64,000 bases of DNA, from positions 2,903-66,902 of the IMG/VR virus record IMGVR_UViG_3300030104_003441, one strand, 5' to 3'. Every line of letters starts with the position of its first letter. Position 1 is the stretch's first letter. This document shows positions 48,183 through 56,756 of this stretch, one piece after another. Source of the DNA: a virus. A model generated the notes under the pieces. It searched no databases, was not told where the DNA came from, and saw nothing but the letters and a program-made list of their open reading frames with translations. A program made the translations under genes and the position numbers.

Positions 48183-48623
48183 TTATCTATCTTTATCTCG
48201 TATCATATCATCTATAGACTTGTTATAGACTTTATCTGTGTACGACTTGTTATTAAAAAATACACTACGTTCAGAAGTCGGTAGATCTTCTTCGCCAAGC
48301 AGTATGCGGTATATTCGTGTTACTAGCTGGGAGCATTTAAACGACGTCTTATAAACAGAGTACTTAATACTAGTTCTGTTTCTATGTCGCCAAACCTCTA
48401 TCCAGCCAGCTGATCGTAGTTTCTCCCACCTTTTCTTATCCCAAGAATATGTGTAAGCACCCTCGATAAATTCGTTACGGGTAAATCTACCCTTGTGATC
48501 TAAATATATAAGTAGTTCTAGATCAGCATCAGTTAATCCATAAGTCTTACAGGCCCACTTACGCGTGAGCCTGTAGTACTTAAGGATGTTCATGTCACGC
48601 AGATCTTGCGCGGTTAATCTCAT
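48183..48623 (-). CDS. winged-helix-like DNA-binding protein
   Basis: GLTDADLELLIYL...L...GWIEV (MarR-like spacing). Confidence 0.5.
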   Translation of the reverse strand: MRLTAQDLRDMNILKYYRLTRKWACKTYGLTDADLELLIYLDHKGRFTRNEFIEGAYTYSWDKKRWEKLRSAGWIEVWRHRNRTSIKYSVYKTSFKCSQLVTRIYRILLGEEDLPTSERSVFFNNKSYTDKVYNKSIDDMIRDKDR

Positions 48624-48629
48624 TTAAGA

Positions 48630-49043
48630 TTAAGCAGCAGTTATAACTCTAGTAGTAGTAGTTCTTCTAATAGCTATAGCAGTAACGTTGTTGATTGGAT
48701 ACTTACTGTTAACAGCATCGAACACAGGCACAGCAACCCCATTAACCGTGTTGTTATTAGCCAAAGCAGCGATATCTTTAATAACATCTGCTTCTTTACC
48801 TTCTTCTACAGTTAAAATAACTAAAGAGTTCTCAATACCTTCACCTCCAGCATCACCAACTCCAAAGTGCTTGTTAAACATACCTGTTTCGTTAAATGTT
48901 AATTCAACAGTGTCTTCAGTACCAGTCATCGTTTGTAAATCGTTTAGATCAAACGCTGCTAGATCTAAGTTTGTTCCATCGTCAGCAGAGCCTACAGAGT
49001 TACTATCAACACCGCTAGCATGGAATACAACAAATTTTTTCAT
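48630..49043 (-). CDS. hypothetical, probably virion protein
   Basis: Own class B promoter upstream; acidic, Ala/Val-rich. Confidence 0.55.
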   Translation of the reverse strand: MKKFVVFHASGVDSNSVGSADDGTNLDLAAFDLNDLQTMTGTEDTVELTFNETGMFNKHFGVGDAGGEGIENSLVILTVEEGKEADVIKDIAALANNNTVNGVAVPVFDAVNSKYPINNVTAIAIRRTTTTRVITAA

Positions 49044-49119
49044 TTTGTTTAAATTTTTAATTGTTAATTGTTTATTATTTACCGTTTAAGGTTTATGATT
49101 TAAGGTTTAGGTCTAATAT

Positions 49120-49148
49120 CTATATTACACGTTTAGCGAAGTAATTAC
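49120..49148 (-). promoter_or_regulatory. class B promoter motif
   Basis: Minus strand GTAA-N14-GTGTAATATAG. Confidence 0.65.
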
Positions 49149-49414
49149 TCCACTAACACTACATCTCTCGCTCTAATTACATAGTACATTGTATTTGCCC
49201 AGGTTATACCATGTCCAGCGTGCTTGTCGTAATATATAATGTCTTTATCTTTTAGGCCTTCAACTAGATTACCTGTAGAGATAATCGTAGCTTTAATATA
49301 CCTATTGTTTTCGTCTAAGTCTTCAGTAAGAAGTAGGCCACCAACTTTCTTAGGACCTTCTTTTTCAATATCGACTATAATGTAATCATTGACCGCTTTC
49401 ATCTGCTCTAGCAT
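49145..49414 (-). CDS. groES: co-chaperonin GroES
   Basis: MKAVNDYIIV...KVGGLLL mobile loop...IISTG...YDKHAG...DVV; adjacent to groEL. Confidence 0.8.
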   Translation of the reverse strand: MLEQMKAVNDYIIVDIEKEGPKKVGGLLLTEDLDENNRYIKATIISTGNLVEGLKDKDIIYYDKHAGHGITWANTMYYVIRARDVVLVE

Positions 49415-50957
49415 TTGAGATTACACAATCGGCTGATATAATAGTTGATACTACTGATACAGCGTTTTTAAGCGCAGACTTAGTCACAAGTACTGGATCT
49501 ACAATGCCTGCTTCAATCATATCTACACACTCACCAGTTATCACATCAATGCCACAATACTCTTGATCGTCACATACTATACCTGTAATACCTGCATTAT
49601 CTAGTATTGTATTGAAAGGAGCTTTAATAGCTTCTAGCAACGCTTCCTCACCCGCATTAGCGGGAGAAATTTTTTGAGCAGCCCACCATAACGCAGAACC
49701 TCCACCTGGTACAATACCTTCTTTCAATGCAGCTTTAGTAGCATATATAGCATCTTCAACTCTGTCTTTCTTTTCTTTTAACTCTACTTTAGACTGAGCG
49801 CCAACTTTTATCTTAGCTACAGACCCTGATAGCATAGCTAGTCTTTCTTCTAGCTTTTTGCGTACAAACCCGTTTTTCTCTTCATTGATTCTAGTTGTAA
49901 CGTTATCTATACGCTCTTGCACTTCATCAGACATTTCTTCTAACGTAATAACAGTGTTGCTGTCACTAGTAATAGCATACTCAACTTCACCTAGGTGCTC
50001 TATGCTTATAAGATCTAAGTCGTCGCCGAGCTCTTCGTTTATAACAGTAGCACCTGTCATTATGGCTAGATCTTCAGTAGCCTCTTGCTTAGTAGGTCCA
50101 AAGCCAGGTAAGTCAACTATGTTAACCTTAATATTACCTTTTACTTTATTCATCATAAGCGCTGCTCTAACGTTTTGAGATACAGGAGCTATAATAAGTA
50201 AAGCACGCCCTTTTTTAATGACATGCTCTAATACGTTTTGTATTTTACGTACATTAGGTATCTCGCTAGACACTATTAATACATACGGGTTGTCTAGCTC
50301 TGCTAGATGTTTATCAGTGTTAGTGACAAAGTGAGACGACGTAAGCCCACAATCGAACTGCACTCCGTCAACTAACTCCACATGCGTATCTTCGGTGCCA
50401 CCTCCCTCCATAAGTACGACACCATGCTTACCTACTTTTTCGTAAGCTTCTGCAATAATGCATCCAAGGGCTTTATCATTATTGCAACTAATCGCGCTAA
50501 CAGCGCTAAGCATGCTCCCTTCAACTTCAATAGCCCTCCCTTCCAGATGTTCAATAACTCTTTCCAGGCCTGAGCTAATACCTTTTTTGATTTCGCGAAT
50601 AGACTCATTTGCGTATTTTTCTTTGTTTACTTCTTTTAAAAGCGATTCAGCAAGAACGGTAGCCGTTGTAGTACCGTCACCTGCTTCTTTCACTGTATTA
50701 TTAGCCGCTTCCTTAATTAAGGTAGCACCTATGTTTTCGACCGGATCATATAAGACTACGCTTTGGGCAACGGTTACTCCGTCTTTTGTTATGACCGGCA
50801 TGCCGCGAGCATCTTCATAAATAACGCATTTACCCGATGCGCCTAATGTACTTTTTACGGCTTGCGCTAGCTTGGTTACACCAGCAATTACTTTATCTTT
50901 AGCAGTTTGACCAAAGTCTAGTTGTTTGATCAACTCACTAGGTAAGTTGTATTCCAT
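49386..50957 (-). CDS. groEL: chaperonin GroEL
   Basis: ITKDGVTVA, AGDGTTTATVLA, ELKEKKDRVEDA, EGIVPGGG, GIVDP motifs; lacks the GGM tail. Confidence 0.95.
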   Translation of the reverse strand: MEYNLPSELIKQLDFGQTAKDKVIAGVTKLAQAVKSTLGASGKCVIYEDARGMPVITKDGVTVAQSVVLYDPVENIGATLIKEAANNTVKEAGDGTTTATVLAESLLKEVNKEKYANESIREIKKGISSGLERVIEHLEGRAIEVEGSMLSAVSAISCNNDKALGCIIAEAYEKVGKHGVVLMEGGGTEDTHVELVDGVQFDCGLTSSHFVTNTDKHLAELDNPYVLIVSSEIPNVRKIQNVLEHVIKKGRALLIIAPVSQNVRAALMMNKVKGNIKVNIVDLPGFGPTKQEATEDLAIMTGATVINEELGDDLDLISIEHLGEVEYAITSDSNTVITLEEMSDEVQERIDNVTTRINEEKNGFVRKKLEERLAMLSGSVAKIKVGAQSKVELKEKKDRVEDAIYATKAALKEGIVPGGGSALWWAAQKISPANAGEEALLEAIKAPFNTILDNAGITGIVCDDQEYCGIDVITGECVDMIEAGIVDPVLVTKSALKNAVSVVSTIISADCVISNARADESGQ

Positions 50958-50987
50958 ATTGTATTAAATTAAATTAAAGTGGTTTGG

Positions 50988-51272
50988 TTATAAAAACCTT
51001 GGGTTTGATCTTTTTTTATCTTTCGGCTTACTTTTAAACTGATCGGTAATTTTTTCACCTCTTTTCATTTTTCTTTCAGCTCTTTTAGTTCTGCCTCTGC
51101 GTTCTAACTCTTCAGCACGTAATTCTTTTTTGCGGCCTCGGTGATATTTACGATTAGCTTTAATCTCATCTTTGTCTCCGCCAAGAGATTCACGATGTTC
51201 ACGCTGATCTTGTCTCATTTCCTTACGAGTTCTATCGCCGTAGAACTTTATGCCTTTCATTTTAAACGCCAT
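50988..51272 (-). CDS. basic MAFKMK-family protein
   Basis: MAFKMKG; Arg/Lys-rich. Confidence 0.7.
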   Translation of the reverse strand: MAFKMKGIKFYGDRTRKEMRQDQREHRESLGGDKDEIKANRKYHRGRKKELRAEELERRGRTKRAERKMKRGEKITDQFKSKPKDKKRSNPRFL

Positions 51273-51274
51273 GA

Positions 51275-51748
51275 TTACTTGCGTATGTATAGTTTTGTTC
51301 CAGCTTTAAACTTCTCAGTATCGTCTTGAACAGTCACAAATTTTCTTCCGTCACTACCTTTTTTTACAGCAGATAAGTTTCCTTCGTCAATATTTGCAGA
51401 GCTAACTGACTTTCCAGCAGCTGTCGTGTACTTGCTAGGGTTTCCGTGAGTAGTGTAGCTACCTTCTTTTACTTCACCCTTTTTTTTATCATCAAGCTTC
51501 ATAGCAGATCTAGATAGTTTTTTACCGACCTCAGCTCCAACTCTAGCCCCAACTCCAGCAGCAGCGGCTTCACCTAAACGTTTTGCGTGTTTTTTCGTCT
51601 TTCGTTCCTCTCTCTTTTCTACTCTAGCTTCTTTTCTAGCTCTACGCGTGTCTTCAGGACTTTTCATTTTCATAGGAGCACTAGACCTATTATCACCAGC
51701 CATCTTAGCCATGTTAGCTACAGCTTGGTTTTTCATTTTAAACGCCAT
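51275..51748 (-). CDS. basic MAFKMK-family protein
   Basis: MAFKMKN...MAKMAG; APMK and SAMK motifs. Confidence 0.7.
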   Translation of the reverse strand: MAFKMKNQAVANMAKMAGDNRSSAPMKMKSPEDTRRARKEARVEKREERKTKKHAKRLGEAAAAGVGARVGAEVGKKLSRSAMKLDDKKKGEVKEGSYTTHGNPSKYTTAAGKSVSSANIDEGNLSAVKKGSDGRKFVTVQDDTEKFKAGTKLYIRK

Positions 51749-51759
51749 TATTCTTTGTT

Positions 51760-52050
51760 TTAAAAAGTTTTTACAACTTTAGGCCCTTTTGTAGCCTCTA
51801 ATTTTTTAGAAAAGTAATCAACACTGCCGTTAATCGCGGATTCTGCGCCTTCTAGCGTTTCTCTACGAGTAACAGCGTGCCAATTATTATCTTCTCTAGG
51901 GTTCGACACCTCGGTTTGGTAGTATCCGTTAGGTAATTGGGTGATTCGCCAACTAGATTTTGTAGACATGTGTGTCCAGTCTGCAACTTCTTGTTTATTT
52001 GGCTTTGCTGTGTGCGTCGTTGAAGACGTCTTGTAGTATAAATAGGTCAT
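51760..52050 (-). CDS. hypothetical protein
   Basis: WRITQLPNGYYQTE...TRRETLEGAE. Confidence 0.6.
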   Translation of the reverse strand: MTYLYYKTSSTTHTAKPNKQEVADWTHMSTKSSWRITQLPNGYYQTEVSNPREDNNWHAVTRRETLEGAESAINGSVDYFSKKLEATKGPKVVKTF

Positions 52051-52092
52051 ATTTATGGTTTTTAGGTTATATATGGTGTAAAGGTCAATCCT

Positions 52093-52896
52093 TTACGAAA
52101 ATGCCTTCATTAATTTTCTAATTTCAGCTTGTCGGCGGTAATTCGCATCTGTTGGGCTTGATAAGTTTTGAAGTGACTTCAGTTCTCTGTTTGCTTTTTC
52201 CATGTCAAACGATCCACCTTTCATAAATCCGTACTTTTTTGCACCAGCCATAGACTCTTTGCTCATAGACTCTACATTAGCTGCAGGCATTGCATTGTCC
52301 ATAGCTTTTTTCTTATCTGCTTCACTAAGTTTCATAGCAGATTTTTTCTTCATAGACATAGGCGAGATTTTTTCTTCTAGCCTTGCAACCTTTTTAGCAG
52401 CTTTATCTCTAGTATCTTGCTGCTTCATGATTAAACGATCGTCTTTTCTCTTTGTTCTTCCAACTACTCTCGCAGTTTGAGCTTGATTACGCGCGGTTTT
52501 ACGCTTCGCTTTAGTTACTCCTGTGCGACGCTCAATCTTCTTAGCTCCTTTTGCTAGTATTTTCTGCTCTCTTGCTTCGCCTTTTTTAATAGCTTTATCA
52601 GCTATTTCAAGATTTCTAGCGTCTGATTTTTCAGCACGATAGGCTTTTTGCTCAGCCCTGTTAGCTGCTGTATCAGCTTTACGAGAATCTTTACGTTGCC
52701 TCTTCATCTCTTTAACAAGATCTTTAGCCTGCTTAACATTGTCTTTTGATGTGTCAGAAGGCTTGCCTTCAGCTTTCATTGCAGACTTCTTACCCATATC
52801 CATAGGAGAGTCTTTTTTCATTTTCATAGCAACTCGGTTATTACCTGCCGCTTTTGCCATCTTCATGAGAGATGGGTTTTTCATTTTGAATGCCAT
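52093..52896 (-). CDS. basic MAFKMK-family protein
   Basis: MAFKMKN...MAKAAG; SPM...KKSAMK twice; Lys/Ala-rich (histone H1-like composition). Confidence 0.7.
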   Translation of the reverse strand: MAFKMKNPSLMKMAKAAGNNRVAMKMKKDSPMDMGKKSAMKAEGKPSDTSKDNVKQAKDLVKEMKRQRKDSRKADTAANRAEQKAYRAEKSDARNLEIADKAIKKGEAREQKILAKGAKKIERRTGVTKAKRKTARNQAQTARVVGRTKRKDDRLIMKQQDTRDKAAKKVARLEEKISPMSMKKKSAMKLSEADKKKAMDNAMPAANVESMSKESMAGAKKYGFMKGGSFDMEKANRELKSLQNLSSPTDANYRRQAEIRKLMKAFS

Positions 52897-52930
52897 AATT
52901 AATTATGTTGTTGTTATGTATATATATATA

Positions 52931-53356
52931 TTATGCTCCTTTAGTAAACCATGCATACTCTAACTGAACTATATCAGAAGGATCTGCATGCTGTACGTGT
53001 AGGTTAACCCCTACGTTTTCTTCTGCGTGATGTACAGGCATGAATAAAAACTCATCCGCACTCAATCTCGCGATTGCTTCACCAGTTGTAAACTCTACGT
53101 CTACTTGTCTAGCTGTTGCTGTAGAACCATCAGTGGTACCCGTATGCTTTACGTATAAATATGCTACAACTGTACCTGCTGGTTTAATTGTTGTGTCGCC
53201 AGGAGTTGCTGTAGCTATCACCGCTGATAGACCTTGTAGAGGTGCTACTACAGTTAATACGTCAGATACAGATAAATCTATATCCATGTTGTTACTAGTA
53301 CCTGTTGCGCCTGCGGTACTAGACAATGCTAATGTTGCTGTTAATTCTTGTGCCAT
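52931..53356 (-). CDS. putative virion decoration protein
   Basis: Beta-rich, AYLYVKHT...ARL...EFLFMP. Confidence 0.5.
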   Translation of the reverse strand: MAQELTATLALSSTAGATGTSNNMDIDLSVSDVLTVVAPLQGLSAVIATATPGDTTIKPAGTVVAYLYVKHTGTTDGSTATARQVDVEFTTGEAIARLSADEFLFMPVHHAEENVGVNLHVQHADPSDIVQLEYAWFTKGA

Positions 53357-53359
53357 GTT

Positions 53360-53662
53360 TTATATTGGTGTATCCGAAGGGATAAATTGTCCTGTTGTTG
53401 CTAGATTATCAAAATCTTGAGCTTCGTACGTATCGCGAGCTCCATGCATATCACCAGCATTGTACCACTTAGCTCTACGCTTTCTTTTAAACTGTCTATC
53501 TAGCTCTAACTTATCAACAGCTTTGCTCTTCATAGGCGAATCGCTAGACAACTGCGTAAGGGTGGTAGCTACGGTCTCCATTTGAGGAGCTTCTTCAGCT
53601 TTCTTAAACGCTGAGCGCCTAAGTCTTTTACCGTGCATTACGCGTCTTTTACATCTCGCCAT
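53360..53662 (-). CDS. basic hypothetical protein, first gene of the late block
   Basis: SAFKK and SPMK motifs; directly below a class B promoter. Confidence 0.6.
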   Translation of the reverse strand: MARCKRRVMHGKRLRRSAFKKAEEAPQMETVATTLTQLSSDSPMKSKAVDKLELDRQFKRKRRAKWYNAGDMHGARDTYEAQDFDNLATTGQFIPSDTPI

Positions 53663-53684
53663 TGTTCTATTCTTTTATACTTCT

Positions 53685-53713
53685 TATAGTTACACGCTTA
53701 ATCTGCTATTTAC
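53685..53713 (-). promoter_or_regulatory. class B promoter heading the late block
   Basis: Minus strand GTAA-N14-GTGTAACTATA. Confidence 0.7.
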
Positions 53714-53717
53714 AAAG

Positions 53718-53764
53718 TGTGACATAAGCCTACTACTAGGATACTATTAACTAGCTAGTGTCAC
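53718..53764. repeat. palindromic element A (inverted homolog of 60739-60784)
   Basis: TGTGACATAAGCCT...TACTATTA...GCTAGTGTCAC. Confidence 0.7.
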
Positions 53765-53800
53765 TAAAAAAACATATTGTAAATATAGGGGCTATGCGTT

Positions 53801-53829
53801 CCCCCCTCCCCCCGCCCCCTCCCCTCCCC
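53801..53829 (-). other. G-quadruplex-type tract
   Basis: Minus strand G4-A-G4-A-G5-C-G6-A-G6 in an AT-rich genome. Confidence 0.7.
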
Positions 53830-53890
53830 AGGAAAAGTCAAACTCTCACAGGGCCCCACCTACTTGTTAAACTCATTATTGCTCGTTTTT

Positions 53891-53921
53891 ACAATGTATC
53901 TACGACAGTATTTAGATAATA
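53891..53921 (+). promoter_or_regulatory. class A early promoter copy 1
   Basis: ACAA-TGTATC-TACGA-N8-AGATAATA. Confidence 0.7.
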
Positions 53922-53991
53922 AATATAGAAAAACAAACTAAAAAACTCTACTACATTTTTAAAATCGTTTACAAAACTTCTAAAACATTTT

Positions 53992-54022
53992 ACAAAATAA
54001 ATACGAGAATACTTAGATAATA
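53992..54022 (+). promoter_or_regulatory. class A early promoter copy 2
   Basis: ACAA-AATAAA-TACGA-N8-AGATAATA. Confidence 0.75.
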
Positions 54023-54036
54023 AATATGTAAATCAA

Positions 54037-54225
54037 ATGAACATGAAAACTCTTATAATTAAAACAATAGCTAACAACTTTAGAAAAAAGCTACCAATCG
54101 CTCGCAACTTAAAAGTTCAACACATTAACTACATGTATGAATATAACTACATTAAACTATTCAAATCATTAGTTGACTCATTCAAACTAGAACCTCAACA
54201 CTTCAATAATAGATTTATCAAATGA
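54037..54225 (+). CDS. early hypothetical protein
   Basis: ORF below promoter copy 2. Confidence 0.5.
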   Translation: MNMKTLIIKTIANNFRKKLPIARNLKVQHINYMYEYNYIKLFKSLVDSFKLEPQHFNNRFIK

Positions 54226-54287
54226 AACAATTACTCGAATCAATACTCATAATTGTAATAATACTACTGTGTTGTTGTGTGTACTAA
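54222..54287 (+). CDS. 21-aa hydrophobic peptide MKQLLESILIIVIILLCCCVY
   Basis: ATGA overlap with the upstream stop; TM-like. Confidence 0.35.
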   Translation: MKQLLESILIIVIILLCCCVY

Positions 54288-54360
54288 ATAATTGTACACT
54301 TACAGAAGTGGCGGAATACTACTAACGTGAAATTGTATACTAAACAAACAATACTCTTTT

Positions 54361-54391
54361 ACAAACTAAATACGTAAGCATTTAGATAATA
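54361..54391 (+). promoter_or_regulatory. class A early promoter copy 3
   Basis: ACAA-ACTAAA-TACGT-N8-AGATAATA. Confidence 0.75.
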
Positions 54392-54428
54392 ATAATAACT
54401 AAAACAAAAACATTAAATACTTTATATC

Positions 54429-54668
54429 ATGTCAAATAATACATTAACATCAAAGCGTTTCGTTCTACGTCAATCACTTGTTGGAAAGAACACTAACATT
54501 ACAGTAACATTCAAAAATGGTAACACAGTTACTTACTCACACGACAAAGCATTCACTATAATGCAAAAAGCACTTGAAGCAATGCCATGTTGGGCAAAGT
54601 ACAAGTCGTACACTGCTAGTAACAATATACCAAAAGTGTTGCGTGAAACTGAAGCAGTAGTAGCATAA
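54429..54668 (+). CDS. early hypothetical protein
   Basis: SKRFVLRQSLVGKN...CWAKYKSYT; A-rich leader. Confidence 0.7.
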   Translation: MSNNTLTSKRFVLRQSLVGKNTNITVTFKNGNTVTYSHDKAFTIMQKALEAMPCWAKYKSYTASNNIPKVLRETEAVVA

Positions 54669-54684
54669 CTACTCTTCAACATAA

Positions 54685-54777
54685 AGTCCAGTTAGTTTAG
54701 TGTTTACTGGTAAATCAAATATGAACACTAACATAGTAGTCATGGTGCCGAGTTGTGTTCGATTCACAAGCTACTAC
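54685..54777 (+). ncRNA. candidate structured RNA: pseudoknot plus tRNA-like minihelix
   Basis: CCAGT/ACTGG with TTAGTGTT/AACACTAA crossing pairs; TAGTAGT..TTGTG-TTCGATT-CACAA-GCTACTA. Confidence 0.5.
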
Positions 54778-54806
54778 AAACTAAATACGATAACTTACAG
54801 ATAATA
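54776..54806 (+). promoter_or_regulatory. class A early promoter copy 4 (leaderless geometry)
   Basis: Consensus match; ATG 6 nt after GATAAT. Confidence 0.8.
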
Positions 54807-54811
54807 ATACT

Positions 54812-55117
54812 ATGATATTCGATAAGAAACTACGAGCTGAAGTGAAAATACAGCGTGATGCAGTGCATCAATTACTCAAGCACCACTTGCCAAAGTACGA
54901 GCTAACACTAATCGGTGACAGTGAAATACAACTCACATGGCACTCAAATCCTCACTGTCTACGTGAAACATTACTTACGTGTAGTATGTATGGCGAGTGG
55001 CAATACGAAGAGCACCAATGGGAATGCTTCGATAACTATCATCACTCAACAGACTTAAAGGTTGACTACACGTCACCTGCTAACGAAGTTGTTAATGCAC
55101 TAATGAAACTACTATGA
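54812..55117 (+). CDS. early hypothetical protein
   Basis: Starts exactly at the predicted +1 of promoter copy 4. Confidence 0.7.
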   Translation: MIFDKKLRAEVKIQRDAVHQLLKHHLPKYELTLIGDSEIQLTWHSNPHCLRETLLTCSMYGEWQYEEHQWECFDNYHHSTDLKVDYTSPANEVVNALMKLL

Positions 55118-55369
55118 GATTACTATCAACTATCGCGCTGTGCTTAGTATTTAACGCAGAGATAAATCAAGGTTGGCAAGGCTGGGTAAACTCTACTTGG
55201 GATATTGTCACTATAATTGAAACTAGAAAAACTATATAATATGAGAAAATTTAATCACCTTGTAATCGCAGAGATTACCATGAAAGCATTACTTGCTTTA
55301 AATATTGGTACGTTTGGTATCGCTATAATAATGTTACTTGTTAACGTAGTATCAGACTTCACAAACTAA
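55114..55369 (+). CDS. two small hydrophobic ORFs (55114-55239, 55241-55369)
   Basis: MRLLSTIALCLVF...; MRKFNHL...DFTN* whose stop lies inside promoter copy 5. Confidence 0.45.
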
Positions 55370-55391
55370 TTACGATAAGTAATAGATAATA
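55361..55391 (+). promoter_or_regulatory. class A early promoter copy 5 (leaderless geometry)
   Basis: ACAA-ACTAAT-TACGA-N8-AGATAATA; ATG at 55397. Confidence 0.8.
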
Positions 55392-55396
55392 ATAAT

Positions 55397-55567
55397 ATGA
55401 AGACAATAAAATTTCTAAAAGACAAAAAAATACAAATAGGCAAACGTGTGTTTCGCCCATACTGTATCAGCGACTTACCAAACAACTTCGGTTGTATTAA
55501 CTACGGCGAGTCAGATGGTGTAACCGAATGGTTCGGCTACAAAGGTTTCACTTATATACCAGAATAA
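55397..55567 (+). CDS. early hypothetical protein (56 aa, not in ORF track)
   Basis: MKTIKFLKDKKIQIG...WFGYKGFTYIPE; starts at predicted +1. Confidence 0.65.
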   Translation: MKTIKFLKDKKIQIGKRVFRPYCISDLPNNFGCINYGESDGVTEWFGYKGFTYIPE

Positions 55568-55569
55568 TC

Positions 55570-55776
55570 ATGTATCTAACTATTCTATCTTACGACATTC
55601 TAAGAGGTAACGAAGTAATCACATATGAATTACCGAGTTATGCAGCGAAATTCCAATGCGAAGACATGGAAGAGTATATCTCAGTCACACTTGGTTTCAA
55701 TACAAACAACATTGACTGGCAAACTCACGAGGAATTACCTCAACTTGTTGAACTACATAATCAAGACTACGCATGA
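55570..55776 (+). CDS. early hypothetical protein (start likely 55570)
   Basis: MYLTILSYD...GFNTNNIDWQ. Confidence 0.6.
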   Translation: MYLTILSYDILRGNEVITYELPSYAAKFQCEDMEEYISVTLGFNTNNIDWQTHEELPQLVELHNQDYA

Positions 55777-56276
55777 ATCAAGCTAAAAAATACAGAAAAT
55801 ACTACGAAGCTCTCGACTTGATCGGTTGCAAGCACGTGTCAACACCACGTCAAATCAAGAACGGTACACGCGTATTCCGCCTACCTTTCAAAGACGCTTG
55901 GAATCAAGACATAGACTTTGCTACATACGAGTCAGGTTATGTACGTAGATTAGTAAAGCTCGGTTACTGTCCTTGTTATCAAATCAACAAGAGAAAGCCA
56001 GAAACTCGCCTAATTGAAGTGAAAAGCGGTCCACACAAAGGCTATTACTACAAAAGACGCTCAAACGAACGTGTGTTAATTGAAGGTAATGGCGATCGAC
56101 TAGAGTACTTATTCAACTATATTGTACGTAATTACTTCAAAGCTAAACCAAAGTACAATAGAACTATTGACCTAGAGTGGTTAAACTTCTGTGCAAAGTG
56201 GCAATACGGCGAGTTTGGCTTCAACACTTGCACTGAGCAACAGCAAAATGAAATACTAAAATCTTTACAATCATGA
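55773..56276 (+). CDS. early hypothetical protein
   Basis: STPRQIKNGT...YESGYVRR...YQINKR. Confidence 0.65.
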   Translation: MNQAKKYRKYYEALDLIGCKHVSTPRQIKNGTRVFRLPFKDAWNQDIDFATYESGYVRRLVKLGYCPCYQINKRKPETRLIEVKSGPHKGYYYKRRSNERVLIEGNGDRLEYLFNYIVRNYFKAKPKYNRTIDLEWLNFCAKWQYGEFGFNTCTEQQQNEILKSLQS

Positions 56277-56384
56277 ATTACTGTCCATGGGATACTGCAT
56301 TTAAACTATGCAAAGGCGCTTATACGCGCGAAGAAATCGACGAAATGTCGCTATGTGAAATTAACGAAATAATATTTGACCAAC

Positions 56385-56729
56385 ATGACTAGTTACGAAC
56401 AAAGAGCATATGATGCGCTCGCAATGAAGCTAACCGAAGCAGGTTACGCGTATGAGAATACAAGTTGGAGTAATGATGCAACTGCATCTATATCAGTAAC
56501 TTGCGTGCGTGTAGTTCAATCAGAAGATGAGATTGACAAAGTAATGAAGTATGAGTTTCAAATCTATATACCTAACTGTGATTACTTCGACCCAGATAAC
56601 GAGTATTTTAATACTTACGCACTCACTGACGAGATGACTGGTCACACATTTGATTTCGATCGAGCAGACGAAGTTGTAGAGCATATTCAAGATTGTGTCG
56701 ATGGTAATTCGGTTGTTTTTACAAACTAA
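56385..56729 (+). CDS. early hypothetical protein (start likely ATG 56385)
   Basis: ENTSWSNDATASI; stop codon lies inside promoter copy 6. Confidence 0.65.
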   Translation: MTSYEQRAYDALAMKLTEAGYAYENTSWSNDATASISVTCVRVVQSEDEIDKVMKYEFQIYIPNCDYFDPDNEYFNTYALTDEMTGHTFDFDRADEVVEHIQDCVDGNSVVFTN

Positions 56730-56751
56730 ATACGATTACTTTTAGATAATA
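56721..56751 (+). promoter_or_regulatory. class A early promoter copy 6 (leaderless geometry)
   Basis: Consensus match; ATG at 56757. Confidence 0.8.
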
Positions 56752-56756
56752 ATAAT

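Noticed and set aside
49081-49115. Short TAAACC repeats in leaders (also near 52055, 62197, 63492)
   Set aside because: Consistent with ordinary A/C-rich unstructured Bacteroidota translation leaders; too short to call a separate element
13192-53420. Many + strand ORFs antisense to late genes
   Set aside because: Shadow ORFs explained by codon bias of the real minus-strand genes
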